A DNA stretch of 64,000 bases from Blepharisma stoltei ATCC 30299. Its lineage: Eukaryota; Protista; Ciliophora. The notes under the pieces are model-generated. The model searched no databases, had not been told where the DNA came from, and saw nothing but the letters and a program-made list of their open reading frames with translations. Positions 26,001 through 39,094 of this stretch are shown here, in pieces; position 1 is the stretch's first letter, and every line of letters starts with the position of its first letter. The translations under genes and the position numbers were made by a program. The DNA lies in contig CBFDEM010000064.1 of the NCBI GenBank assembly GCA_965603825.1, forward strand, positions 310,001 to 374,000. The letters are read 5' to 3'.

Positions 26001-29000
26001 TCGTATACTCCTTGCTCTGTAAAAGTGAAGGCAAAAGACGTGATATTGTTCAGCGGATTTTCAATCATACGTTTTAGTTCTTGGAATGCTCCATAATCAA
26101 ACCCATCATTTGTATTCAATAAAGAATCTTTGACATAAATAGGGTAGTTTTGAGCATTTGGAATGGAAAATACAAAGGTTTCTTCTATTTGTATACAAAT
26201 GGTAGGATTTGAGACTGTAGTTGAGGATTCAGCCAGATATCTTCTGGAGGTAGAATTGCTATAAAGTGAGCCGAGCTTGTTTCCTAATCCATATACTCCT
26301 AATGGGCCAGTTGTTGTCATATCAATGCTATACACATTGCAAGAGCTTGACGAGCAGCTTGTTTTTCCATAGTATCCGCTGCTGTTCACCAAATCAACAG
26401 TTGTGGTTTCACCAGTGCTTGGGTCAGTTACTGTATAAGCTCCATTCGAATAAGTCGTTTTCAGTGAGTTTTCTCTGCAGTTCTTATTGCAAATGTCATC
26501 AATTGTAGTAGTTCCGTCACATTCACAGAGTCCAACCCCACTCATTCTTTTTCCAGATCCACCGTTACATTCAGAAGAACAGCTTGAGGTAGACACACAG
26601 TTTCCGTATGAGTCTCTTATACCGCTTTCTCCACAGTAGTCATATACAATATTAAAGCAGTCAATATCAGAATCGCCTTGACTTGATGTAATTCCATCCT
26701 GTATGTAATGGTAATTAGGGTTACAGACACAGCTGCCATCAGTTTTACGGTATGAGCGGTTTTTACCATAACATAAACATGTAGTGCTTTTTACATCAGC
26801 GTAGGCATTAGAGCCACATGGCATGCATTTAGCTGAGCCAGTAGTATCTGCATAGGTGTTTTTAGGACAGTCAATGCAGGCATCGTAGCTCGTTTGAGCT
26901 GTTGTAGGGTTATAAGTAGCGGCTGGACATGCTGTAGGAGTTTTAGAGCCAACTGGGCAGTAGTAGCCTTCAGGACATTCATAGCCTCCATGATATTCTA
27001 AAGAAATAGGATTAGGTCTTGAAGCTCCAGACACACAGACATAGCCACCAAAGCAGCTCTTGCATTTAGAAAATGTCCCATCTGAATAAGTCCCTGCAGG
27101 ACAAAGCACACATTTATTGCTAGAAACATAGTATCCTTGAGTGCATTGCAAAGGTTCAAAAGAGCCTGATGGACATACATAGGTGTCAGGGCAAGACACA
27201 GGAGGTTCGTCTGAGTCTTGGTATTGGTCAAGATTGCTTTGGTCGTACTTAGGACAATAGTAGCCTGATGGACAAAGAGTAGGCGTGGCAGTATTTACTT
27301 TGCAGTAATAGCCGATAGGACACGCTTTAGAGATAGGAGAGCCTTTAGGACAATAAGTACCAGCTTCGCATGAAATAGCTGAAGAGGAAGCTCCTGGGCA
27401 ATAATATCCTCCAGGACATGCAATACAGTCATCTATAGAAGCAGCAGTAGTTGACGACGAATAAGTCCCAGGAGGGCAAGGAGTAGGCTCAGTGGCACCG
27501 ACTACACAGTAATAGCCGACTTTTCCACATGGGTACTGAGTATAATCTCCAGTTCCAGTCCTCGTGCACAAGTATCCGCCAGGGCATGCTAAACAAGCAG
27601 ATAAATCAGTAGCCCCAGCCTTGCTTCCATAAGTTCTTGTAGGGCATGGTTTTGGCTTATTGACTCCTTGAGGGCAGTAGTATCCCATAGGACAAGAAAT
27701 TGGGTTAGGGTTCCCATTGACACAATAAGACCCAGGAGGACACTGTGTGCAATCACTCGACTGTGCGCCTCCTACAAGTGTTCTAAATAGCCCTGATGGA
27801 CAAGCAGTAGAGATTAGTGCCCCTTTGGTACAGTAATTTCCTGATGGACATTGATAGCCATATGCATTGCTGCCAGTTGGCGTAGGTGTTGGAGACGCTA
27901 AAACGCATAAGTAGCCAGCCTCACATTCGTCAGAAATTCGACCATCAACACAGTAGCTACCGGCTGGACAAGAAGTACAGTCAGATGATTTGGTTAAGCC
28001 AGTAGTCGCAGAGTTATAAGTACCTGCTAGACATAGAGGAGCAACACCTGTATTTTTAGGACAATAAGAATAGATTGGACAAGTGGTGCTTGTAGAACTA
28101 GAGCCATAGTCACAGACAGAGCCTGCAGGGCAATCATCACAAGTAGAATGGCCAAGTGTTGATGCATAATATCCAGCAGGGCAAGGAAATTCAATATCAA
28201 ATCTGGTTCCAGATGGACAATAATAGCCTATAGGGCAAGCAGTTGGGACATTTGTACCACCAGAGCAGTAATTAGTTAAAGTGCACTGATCGCAAGAACT
28301 CTTAAGAGTATCAAGTTGATAATACCCCATATCACACAAAACTTCTTCAAAACTTCCTTCTTCGCAATAATGTCCAGCAGTGCAGCCATTTTGAGTAGCT
28401 ATGCTTGAACCTCCACTACAATAATACCCAGCACTGCAATCTCCAGTGACTGCTGTAAGACCATCTGTTGCACAATATTTTCCGTATGGACAGCTTGGGC
28501 AGTCGCTTGATTGTTTAAGACCTTTACTTACACTCATAGTCCCTGCCGGACAATTAGTCTGACTTGAAGCTCCGGCTGCACAGTAAGTCCCAGCGCTACA
28601 TATATTTCCTTGAGTGCCATCTAAAGGCACCGCTGTTGTTGAACTTGAACCGCACCAATAACCTTCATTGCAGGTACTAACAGGAGCTGAAAGGCCTTGC
28701 TGATTGCAATAGGACCCAGCTGTACAAGCAGTGTAGGTCCCTGATCCAGCGGCACAATAAGATCCTCTAGGGCAGATACCGCCTTGGCTTGAAGTAACTG
28801 GCCGGTCTATAACAGCTCCAGTTATGCAGTACCATCCTGCAGCACAATCGCCTGTTGGTGCTGAAAGCCCTGCTGTCTCACAATATTTACCAGCATCACA
28901 TAGTACGCAGGCATCTGACGTTGGTTGACCTGGATCTGGATTATAAGTTCCGACTGGGCATGGATATGTATATTGATAGCCAGTACCACTAGGACAATAA

Positions 29001-32000
29001 TGCCCAGCTGGACAGTCAGTTTCTGCAGTGGCTGGAGATTCACAGTATTTTCCTTCTGAGCAAGTTTTGCATGTGCTTTGCATTGTCTGATCTTGATATT
29101 GTCCATCAGGACATTTAATTGGTTCCCAACTTCCTGTCGGACAATAATATCCAGCACTGCAGAATGTGCTTGGAGTGGCTGAAGAATCACCACCTGCACA
29201 ATAGTACCCGGCTGGACACGCAGTTGGGGCATTTGCTGGGGAAGATGTAGCAGGATATGAAGTTCCTGTTTGGTCGCAATAGAATCCTGGAGGGCAACTA
29301 ATACATTCAGTTGAATCTTCAGCTCCTTTATAAGGCATATATTTCCCAGCTGGACAAGCTGCATAGGTGCTTGATCCTGCCTCACAATAATACCCTTTAG
29401 GACATATATCTCCTGCCGAAAAGGCTGAGTTCACCGAAGAGATAGGGCTTGGAGCAATAGATTGAATCGTGCAGTAGTAGCCAGCTGAACATTGAGAACC
29501 TGATGTAGACATTTGGTCTTGAGAGCAGTAATAGCCTGGATCACATTTAGTAGTCGTTGAGGATGCGGCAGGGCAGTAATATCCTCTTGTACAAATCCCT
29601 CCATATCCAGAGCCAGTCATTGGTTGCGAATAAAGTGAGCCTGAAGAGCAATAAAACCCGCCAGCACAGCTTAATGATGTAAGATCGCCTACACCATAAA
29701 CGTCACAATATTTCCCAGCAGAGCAACTTATACAGGTGGTGCTGTCAGCAGCTGACGTTGCTGTACTAAAAGTCCCTGGGGAGCATGGGTATTGCTTATC
29801 ATAAAGAGTACTTGAAGGGCAGTAGTGGCCTGCTGGGCAAGTATTGGATGTGGGGTCAGAAGTTCCTCTTGGACAATACAATCCAGCTGTACAGGCGTTG
29901 CAAGATCCTTGGCCAACTGAATTTTGATATGTCCCAGGCTCACATTTTATATGGTTTGCAGAGCCACTTGGACATCTGTATCCAGCTTCGCATTGAGTTG
30001 CTTGATCACTTGAGCTTGATTGTGGGCAGTAATAATTAACCTTACAAACTGTGTTGTCATTTACATTGGCAGTGTTAATGCATGCTCTCCCTGCCGTACA
30101 AGGGATACAGTCACTGCTTGAAGCTCCTAATGTAGAAGGGTTGAATGTCCCTGCAGGACATGGATTCGCATTTCTAGAAGTAGATCCAGCTGGGCAATAA
30201 TAACCTGCAATGCATGGACCATATTTATCAGTCGTTGTATCAACAAGATAAGGAGGTGTCTGGAATGGTGATGCAAGCTCGCAGAAATACCCTGCACTGC
30301 ATTGGCCACTTTCAGCTGATAAGCCATAGCCAGCACAATAATATCCAGCTGTGCATGGGGTGCACTCTGATAATTGAGTAGCCCCAGTTGTGGCTCGGAA
30401 AGTCCCAGGAGGGCATGGTATTGGGTCAATAGTTCCTGACGGGCAATAATGGCCTGTAGTGCAAGTAGTTGTGGAAGTTAGCCCAGTAGTTTGGCAATAA
30501 GCTCCTGCATCACATGTTTGACAACTTCCTTGCCCGGCAGCAGAATTATAAGTCCCTCTTGGACAATTAATAGAGGCATAGCTCCCGGCAGGTGCATAAG
30601 TTCCTGCAGGTGTTTCCTTTCCAGATGGGGTACTTGATGTTTCTTTTGTGCCACACAAATAGCCAGCACTGCATTGTCCAGTAGGTTCTGCAGAAGTTGT
30701 GCTGGAGCAATAAAAGCCTTTAGGACAGTCAATACAGTCACTGCTGGACGTTGCACCTTGGTAGTTATTGAAAGTTCCACTAGGGCATGGCTGAAGAGTT
30801 GCAGTTCCTGTAGGGCAATATGACCCAGCAGGACAAATATATCCATAAGATTGGCCAACTGGAGTAGCTGTTATTGATTTTCCAGCGCAATAAAAGCCAG
30901 CCTTGCATTCTCCTGCAGTTTCAGTACTGCCTGGTTGATCACAATATCATCCTGCATCACAGCTTGTGCAATCAGAAAGTTTAGTTAAATAAGTACTTCC
31001 GCTGTTGGCGTGGTAAGTTCCTGCTGGGCATTTAACTGGGGTGATGGTGCCTTTAACACAGTATTTTCCCGCAAGACAGTCGCTAGGAGATCAGGTGGCT
31101 TCATATGGACAGTATTTTCCTTCAGGGCATACTACGCAATCAGTTGAGGCTGATGCACCATCTGATGGGTTATAAGTTCCCGCTGGGCAAGGGATAGGAT
31201 CGCTAGTACCTGTTGGGCAATAGTAGCCTTTTGGGCACGTAGTCCCACTTCCGGTATTTGCAAAAGTATCAAGGTACTTTCCTGATGTTGATAATGTTGA
31301 GCAGTCACTAAGTGCCGTGGCGCCAACAGTGCTTCTATAAGTTCCTGGTGGGCATGGATAAGCGACCAAAGTACCAGACGGGCAGTAAAAGCCCTCTTTG
31401 CATTTTGTAGAGTCTGAAGAAGAACCCCAAGGGCATAAGGATCCTGCTGTGCAAGGAGCTGCATACATTGCTGTGCCAGTTGTTGTAATACTCGAGCATA
31501 TGTAACCAGGAAGGCATAGAAGAGGCGCTGTTGCTCCTGCATTGCAGTAATAGCCTAAATCACAAACTGTTGCTGCTGTATTTACAGTTGATGAAGGATC
31601 TGGACAATAATACCCTGCAGTACAAGTGGTGCAAGATGCCAGACTTCCTGCACCAGTAGATGCCATAAAAGTCCCGGGAGGGCACTTATATTGTTTAGTT
31701 GCCCCAGATGGACAATAATACCCTGCTGCACATTCTCCAGTGTATGATATCGATGTTGAAGAACAATCAGATGCTTGCGTTAAAGAAGTGCTTGAAGAAT
31801 AGGTCCCAGCTGGACATGCAAATTGGTCAGGCCTTTCTGTGCCATCAGGGCAAAAACTCCCAGCTGCGCAGTCACCATTACTATTGGAGAGGTCAAATGT
31901 CCCTGTCATACAAGCTTTTCCTGCAGTGCATTGAGTACAGTCTGAGCTATCAGTATTTGCAGTAGAAGATGAGTAGTATCCTGGAGGGCATGCGAAATAA

Positions 32001-35000
32001 TTACTCATAGGTGTTCCAATAAGACAGTAAAATCCAGCAGAGCATGAAGCCCCTGTCGAGCTTGTACTTTTGGCTGCACAATAGGTTCCTGCAGTACATT
32101 CTAAGCAATCTGCAACACTTGCAGAGCTTGTAGAGGTTGCAGATAAACTATAATAACCAGCATCGCAAGAATATTGGTCAATTGTATATGACCCATAAGG
32201 ACAGAAATACCCTGCACTGCATGAAATTGCGCTTGATGGATCATAACTAGAAGCAGGACAAACAGCAGCTGAGCTTGAAATCCCACAAATTTCACATAAA
32301 GACGACGTAGTTTTGGCAGTAAATCCTAAATAGCATAAGGCTGGTGATGGGAATCCATTGCCGCAGAATGTATAAGTAGAGCAGGTACTGCAGCTAGAAA
32401 TGCTTGTTTGACCTGTATTGCTGTTATAAGTGCCTATAGGGCATAATATTTCAGATTTAAAGTCCTGAGAAAAGCGGCCTGCGGATGTTGAAGAAGGGGT
32501 TGCTGATGTTCCTTCAGGACAGAGCTGTCCTGCTGTACAAGCAGTGCAATCAGCTCCAGTCGCTCTTGGAATAATATCATCCGAATAAGTCCCAAATGGA
32601 CAATTAAAAGTTTCTGAGTCACTCGCTCCGTTAGCTGCAAACTGACCTTTATTAGAAGTAATACATTTAGGACTCCCTGACCCTCCATCATTAGAGCAGC
32701 TCCCACTTGCTGGTATAGCATCAGTATAAGTTGGACAGGCAAATCCAGGCAGACATAATTTGCACATAGAAATATCTATAATTCCTGAATTCTCATTATA
32801 AGTTCTTGCAAGACAGTATATAGCTGTCGTCGTAAGAGGATTTAGGACTTGTGAAGAAGATGACATGTCAGCTAATGGAGTTGATGCCCCTGAGTTACAA
32901 AAACAGCCAGGCGAGCAGCCATAGCAAAGGTCAAACCTTCCAGGCGAAAAAGTTCCTTGTGAGCAGGCAGTTTGGCTTGTTGTAGATGTATATTTATAAG
33001 AAGAGTCTATATAACTACAAGTGCCACTCGCATACATTGGAAACATACAAGTTAAGCACACAGGACCCCATGGATACGAAGGGCTTGCACATGAAGTTGT
33101 CCCGCTTGTCCAGCACCCAGTTGTGGTAGAACACTCTGTACAACTATTTGAGCTATAAGTAGTCCCTGAAGGACAAGTATAAGGGTTGAAATTGAATCTT
33201 ACACTGCAGACTTGACTAGAAGGACAATTAGTGACTGCATTTGAAGAAATATATTTCCCTTCTACTGCTAAAGAGACCGAATAAGTACTACAAGCTGCAC
33301 TATAAGGGCAGGATTCACAAGTATTGTACCCTGAAGGCGAATAGTCATAGGTTCCTGAACATGTGGTAGGAGAGGACTCATAATTGCAGTATTTTCCTGC
33401 TGTACAAGTAGTGCAAGAAGTCTGGGAAGTTGAGGAGGAATAGGAGCCTAATGGGCATTTTAGCTCTTCTTGGATGTTTGTTTGAGGACACATGTCGCCC
33501 GCTTTGCAAGAAGTTGCGGAAGAGCTGCCTGATAAAGAATAGGAACCTGAGGATACAGCTGTAGGGGATGTAGAAGAAGAGTCAAAAACGTAGCCTTCAG
33601 CGACTTTAGTGCAGGAGGTCTTGCCTGTAGCAGTTTGATAATGCCCAGATGGGCAAGAATATTCATTAACCCCATCAGGACAGTAGTAGCCAATAGGGCA
33701 GGTAACGCATGAGCCTGAGCTATAATAAGTCCCTGGAGAACAAGGTACTGGAACTCCGCTCGACACATCAAAATTCGTAATAGTGACTGAACAAGTTGTA
33801 GTAGCTGTCCAGTCATAAGCAGCTGGTGTACACAAGTTTACAACGTCAACTGTTGTTGAAGCTGATAAGCCGTTATAATTGTTATCATAAGAAGATGTTG
33901 TGTGAGAAATTGAGACTGTATAGTAAAGATTTGTCATAGAGCTAGGAACGCTATTTACAGTCACTGTCACTGTTTGTGCAGTCGCGTAGTTAGAATTAGT
34001 AAACGTCAATGGTGTTGGTGAGACTCCAACATTGCTATTTCCTGATGAAATCGAGACAGTTACATCATCTGAGGGCTGGCTTCCTAGCCAAACTGTATAT
34101 GTCCCAGACTGTGATTCTGATAAATCTAGGAAGTTGTTTGAGAGTTTTAAGGATCCATATGAGCTTTGTATTACAGTCACAATAGTTTCAAAAGTAGATG
34201 GCATTTTTATTGCATTAGTCCAAGCTGTGTCAGCGTTTAAGGAGTAAGTAAGTGTATAAGAAGTAGAACCAACAATGGTAGAGGAGCTTACAGATTTTAC
34301 AGTAAAAGTCTCTGAAGACCATGAGCTTGATGTAAAGGTCACTGTGGCTGGAGATACAGTGATATCAGAACTCGATGCAGATACACCAATTTCCACATTA
34401 TTTATTGGCTGCATGCTGAGAGAAACCTGATAAGTAGCAGTTCCTCCTTGGGAAACCACAACGGAGTCTTCAACAGTGATTACAGGGTCTTGGTCATATA
34501 TATACAGCGTAGCTAATCCAGAGGGGTAAAAGCTGGAATCATAAATAACATTTGCACTATTTCATGTGGTATCTGAGCTTGATAGCGAGTGTGAGAGCAC
34601 TATAGAGTAATCTAATGAAGACGTATAATAATAAGGAAGGTCAATTGTAACAGATTGATAAGTGTTATAATTTCCATTCGTAAAAGTAAGGCTTGCAGTG
34701 TTCACTACAAGCTCGCTTGATGATGTTGTTGTAGAAATGGTTACTGTTACATCAGAAGTTGGAGCAGTTCCACTCAATTTAATTTGATAAGTCTGAGATG
34801 TAGCACCTTCATGGATATAAGTTGGGAAATTGATTAGTATAGCATTTACGTTAGAAATTGTCACTGACGCTGAAGATGAGGCAGTGCAGCCTGTGCAAGT
34901 GATGTCTAAAGAGTAAGATCCTTGGGTTGATATGCTAGCTGAAACTGCCCAAGTGCCACTTCCTTGATTTGTATAAGTAGCTGAAGATAATGCTGACCCT

Positions 35001-36607
35001 GAATGATAAGTTAAAGAAAGCCCTGCAACTGGACCCAAATAGGCGTCACTATCTGTATCTGTTACTGATACGTATAGAGTAAAAGTTGCTCCAGGAGAGG
35101 CTGTTAGTGAAGTGGTTGTAAAAGTAGCTGTGCTTATAGTTTGAGTCACTGAAAAGGAATTGCTGAGACAATTTTTGCCTGATGAGTCAGAAGCTTCTAG
35201 CTTAAATGCTGTATCAGTTCCAAGGATTTTGCAGGTACTCCAAGAGCTAGCGACACCAGATGATAAAGATCCAGTTACTGTAGTAGACTTAAATTTCCCG
35301 ACTTGTCCTGATGTAGTTGCAAATGCAATTAGGGTGATGGTGCCAGAGGCTGAAGTTGCGATATTTCCATATTGATCGTATGCAGTTACTGCTGCACCAC
35401 TACATGCATTACCTGAAGGCTGACCTGTAAATGCAATATAAGAAAAGGTATCTTCAGTGATAGTGATGCTTATTGAATCTTTGGTAAAACCAACACAGTG
35501 AGCTTCTATAGTAAAAGTGCCGACCTATATTAATTTTACCTTAGTTATGGATACAGAAGTAGAGCCACTGGAAGAAGAAGAATAAGAGATTGATAAGGTT
35601 CCGAATAGATTTGCTGTTGAGTCAGTTGAAAAGAGGTAGACATTGCTGCTATCTGAAGTTGTGAGAGTATCTGTATAAGTGTATTTTTCGACTGTTACCG
35701 ATATAGTGGCGCCAGCTGCATAGGTGCCTGATCCGGAAGTGATTTTTAAATAATTTCTGCAGCCACTGATATGGCATTGAATGCATGCATTGGATGAATC
35801 GACGTAATACCCTGAAACACAAGCAGTGCAAATGCTTTGGTCTGATCCATCACACTTTTTGCAATGTGTTGGGTCTGTGCATGCCTGGCATACTCCACCC
35901 GAATCAGCACCATAATAATCGGCACAAGTAGTGCAAGTTCCAGGGTTTGATCCATCGCAGGTTTTGCAATATGTTGAGTCTGTGCATGCCTGACATACTC
36001 CACCCGAATCAACACCATAATGATCAACACAAGTAGTGCAAGTGCCGGGGTTTGATCCATCACAAGTTTTACAATATGTTGAGTCTGTGCATGCATGGCA
36101 TGCTCCACCCGAATCAACACCATAATGATCAACACAAGTAGTGCAAGTGCCAGGGTTTGATCCATCACAGATTTTACAATATGTTGAGTCTGTGCATACC
36201 TGACATACTCCACCCGAATCAACACCATAATGATCAACACAAGCAGTGCATGTGCTTTGGCTTGATCCATCACAGGTTTTGCAATATGTTGAGTCTGTAC
36301 ATGCTTTGCATACTCCATTTGAATTTACCCCATAATAGTCAGCGCAAGTAGAGCATGTTGGATCCGAAGGGCAACTAATGCAATTTATATCTGTACACAC
36401 ACTCAAGATTCTTTTCTTGCCTGATCAATTATTTTCTTCTTTAGGCAGTTTTTGAGTAGCTGGAATACTTTTGGGTGATGATGTATTGTTAGCATTTAGG
36501 ACTCCGAAGTCCAAACTTGAGTTCAGAGTATTTGATCCCATCACTTGATCGTTGAGAAAGGCTAGAAGCAGCCAAGCAATGATCATCTTTAACATTTTAT
36601 AAATCAT
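23030..36607 (-). CDS. Giant (~4,520 aa) single-pass membrane protein: signal, furin-like Cys repeats, Ser/Thr-rich beta-sandwich repeats, long GCC2/GCC3-type CPxGxYC array, TM helix, ~900-aa cytoplasmic coiled coil; one 15-nt intron at 35525-35539
   Basis: Track ORFs 36425-36607, 35525-36406, 34562-35149, 31091-34459 and 23030-30658 are in one frame, joined by TGA(W) (e.g. CDAG-TGA-YC) and the intron gtaaaattaatatag. TM is WPFIIGTACWLVGLVVLLILGIYFF. Confidence 0.88.
35800..36345 (-). repeat. Coding tandem repeat, 105-bp (35-aa) unit, ~5 copies
   Basis: ACTDSTYCKTCDGSNPGTCTTCVDHYGVDSGGVCQ units; atgttgagtctgt recurs every 105 bp (35971, 36076, 36181, 36286). Confidence 0.9.
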
Positions 36608-37199
36608 CCCATTTTGTTTAAGAAAAGTTTAAATTACTAGCTTGTTCGGTTACCTTTTCCACTTTTCTACTATTATGACAGAATTATATATTCTCTTAAT
36701 CTGAGCTTAATATTTAAATATACCCATCTATCCAATTTTTTGGGATGTTCAATTACAGGGAATTTTCTATACTTACTGATAATAAAAGTCGTTCGCACAG
36801 AAACTCAAGCCAAATAATTTTTAGTGACCAGATTTAATTTATCATAATGTTTATATATGCTTGCCTTTTTATTATTTATCTTACCAAATTCGCAAATCCA
36901 TCTGCCAATGCATATTGGCCGATTTATACAATAATTTTTTACTTTGATTGTATTTCGAGCATATATAAAATGACGACAAGGCGCACCCAATTTCTTGATG
37001 CAATTTCTCAGCCTCATGTCCACAGCGAATTCGGCAAGAAAACATTAAAGAGTAAAATATCATAACTAATAACTTTGAAAAATTTTTGATTTCATTAGCA
37101 CATAGGACTGTATTTTGCTTTAAACTAGAGAGAAAATAGTCTATTTTTGCTATGAGAGTTTAAATTTGGGTTCAGAATCTAATTATTTAAATGATAAGG

Positions 37200-37690
37200 C
37201 ATACTTTGAATTTGTTCTAATTTTTGCTTTTATCTATTTTCTTTTTGCTCTCACCCATGGCATTGTGCTTCCTCTCAATCTTAGATTCTTCAATCATATT
37301 TCCATCATGTTCGCTTCTACAGCTGTCAGCACTTCCATATAAGCTACTAAGGTGTAATCGACAGGTTCGCCATAAACAGATTCTGCATGGTCTTGGTAAA
37401 CTTTAAGGAGATGTAATATTCATTGATAAGCTGACTTCTAAGAAGAAAACGAGATGCTTAGATGGCAGGGTCTATGTAATCTTGACGAGAGTAGTAGGAG
37501 TCTGTAGTTTCGAGAAGAAAAAAAGCTTCATTTCAGGGATCTCGGGAGAGGAAATTGTAGATTTGACGATGAAAGAAGAGAGAACCTTGGAGTGAGCTTT
37601 CGAGGTCAGGGATGTTTGGAAAAGAAATGGATTTGATAGTGGGATAGAACTGATTTTTGTTTTTCTAGCACAGAGTAATGCCTTATTTTA
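37200..37690 (-). pseudogene. Possible decayed gene divergent from the Myb gene
   Basis: Coding-like composition, C-rich at its 5' end like neighbouring genes, but no continuous frame even allowing TGA=Trp and 15-16-nt introns. Confidence 0.3.
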
Positions 37691-38222
37691 CATTCTATTT
37701 TGTGATTTTATGTATTGTTTAAATGGAAATTATCTGGTATAATAAATATTTTGTTGCCTTTTAATCAATTAATAAATCCTTTGAGATCTTTTGATATTTA
37801 AAAATGCATCGTTTCAAAATTTTAAGCTAATTTTAATTAATTCAATTTTCTATTATATATAGCTATTTCGAGAAAAGCAGTTATTTTCAAATTTTTTTGT
37901 TGCAAAAATTACTAAATTCTACACAAATCATTCTGACCTATATCAAACACTGGATAAGGCCATAATCAAATATAATTCAATAATCAATATAAAAAACTTC
38001 ACTTTCCTATCATACCCAAAACTCCTATTTCAAATAAAAAAAGTTACACAACTCCACATCTTTTACCCTCAATCCCACTCTTTTACCTCTATTTCCTTAT
38101 CCTAACCCCCTTCTCTCCTCTCCAAAATCCTCCCTTTCTTTTTCCTCTTTTTCTCTTTTCCCTTTCTCACTTTATTTTCCTCGCATTCTCTCTTTAACGA
38201 TTGGAAATTCGTTAAAAATTTA

Positions 38223-39077
38223 ATGAAGATGGCAAACATTCCTCAAGATCCGGCGGGACTGCAAAATCTCGAAGACAGCTTTTGCACTCCTCAAAAGCCT
38301 AAAAAACAGCGGTGAACCTCCGAAGAAGACAAAACCCTCCAAGAACTCGTTCAAACCTATGGTCCCAAAAATTGGAAAACCATAGCGCAGTGCCTAAAAA
38401 ATCGAACAGACGTCCAGTGCCTCCATCGATGGCAAAAAGTCCTTAACCCCGAGCTCATCAAAGGCCCATGGACCCCCGAAGAAGACGAAATTGTCATTAG
38501 GCTCGTTAAAAAATACGGACCCAAAAATTGGAGCGCAATTGCGAGCAATCTCCCTGGGCGAATTGGAAAACAATGCCGAGAACGATGGCATAATCACCTT
38601 AACCCTCATATCAGAAGAGAGTCTTGAACTCCCGAAGAAGACATAGAAATCCTTAAAGCGCATATGGAATTAGGAAATCGGTGGGCAGAAATCGCAAAAA
38701 AGCTGCCTGGGAGGACAGATAATGCGATCAAAAACCATTGGAACTCGACGCTGAAGAGGAAAATGAAGCTTGTGAAAAAGGAGTATTTGGTGACTGTGAA
38801 AAATAATGAACAAGCAGACCCTGTATGCGAATATATGATAGAACATATCAAAAAATATGGGGATGAAATTTTTGATGACGGAAAAGAAGAGGACTCATAC
38901 TCAACCCCTGAAAAGACAAAAGAAAACATAAGTGAAGAAAGCACCCCAGAAAAAACCTGCGTTTTATATTATGTCTCCCCAGACTACCAAAACCTCACAA
39001 CAGACGGCTCCATTACAGCAAGAAAAATAATCCAAAGCATCGAAAAACAAGCGAGCGTAATAATTAAAAATGACTAA
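38223..39077 (+). CDS. R1R2R3 (3R) Myb transcription factor
   Basis: QR(TGA)TSEED...[28 protein letters not shown]...[17 protein letters not shown]...ES(TGA)TPEED...[30 protein letters not shown] at 38313 and 38625 occupy invariant Trp positions. Confidence 0.95.
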
Positions 39078-39094
39078 ATTAATGACTAAATTTT

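Noticed and set aside
35800-36345. Regular repeats resembling a CRISPR array
   Set aside because: They are in-frame coding tandem units with no unique spacers, in a eukaryotic gene.
23465-36351. Many plus-strand and off-frame ORFs over the giant gene, and similar ones over ABCC, DRC2 and the coiled-coil genes
   Set aside because: Antisense or shadow frames of repetitive coding DNA (Ser/Phe/Leu-rich), with no motifs.
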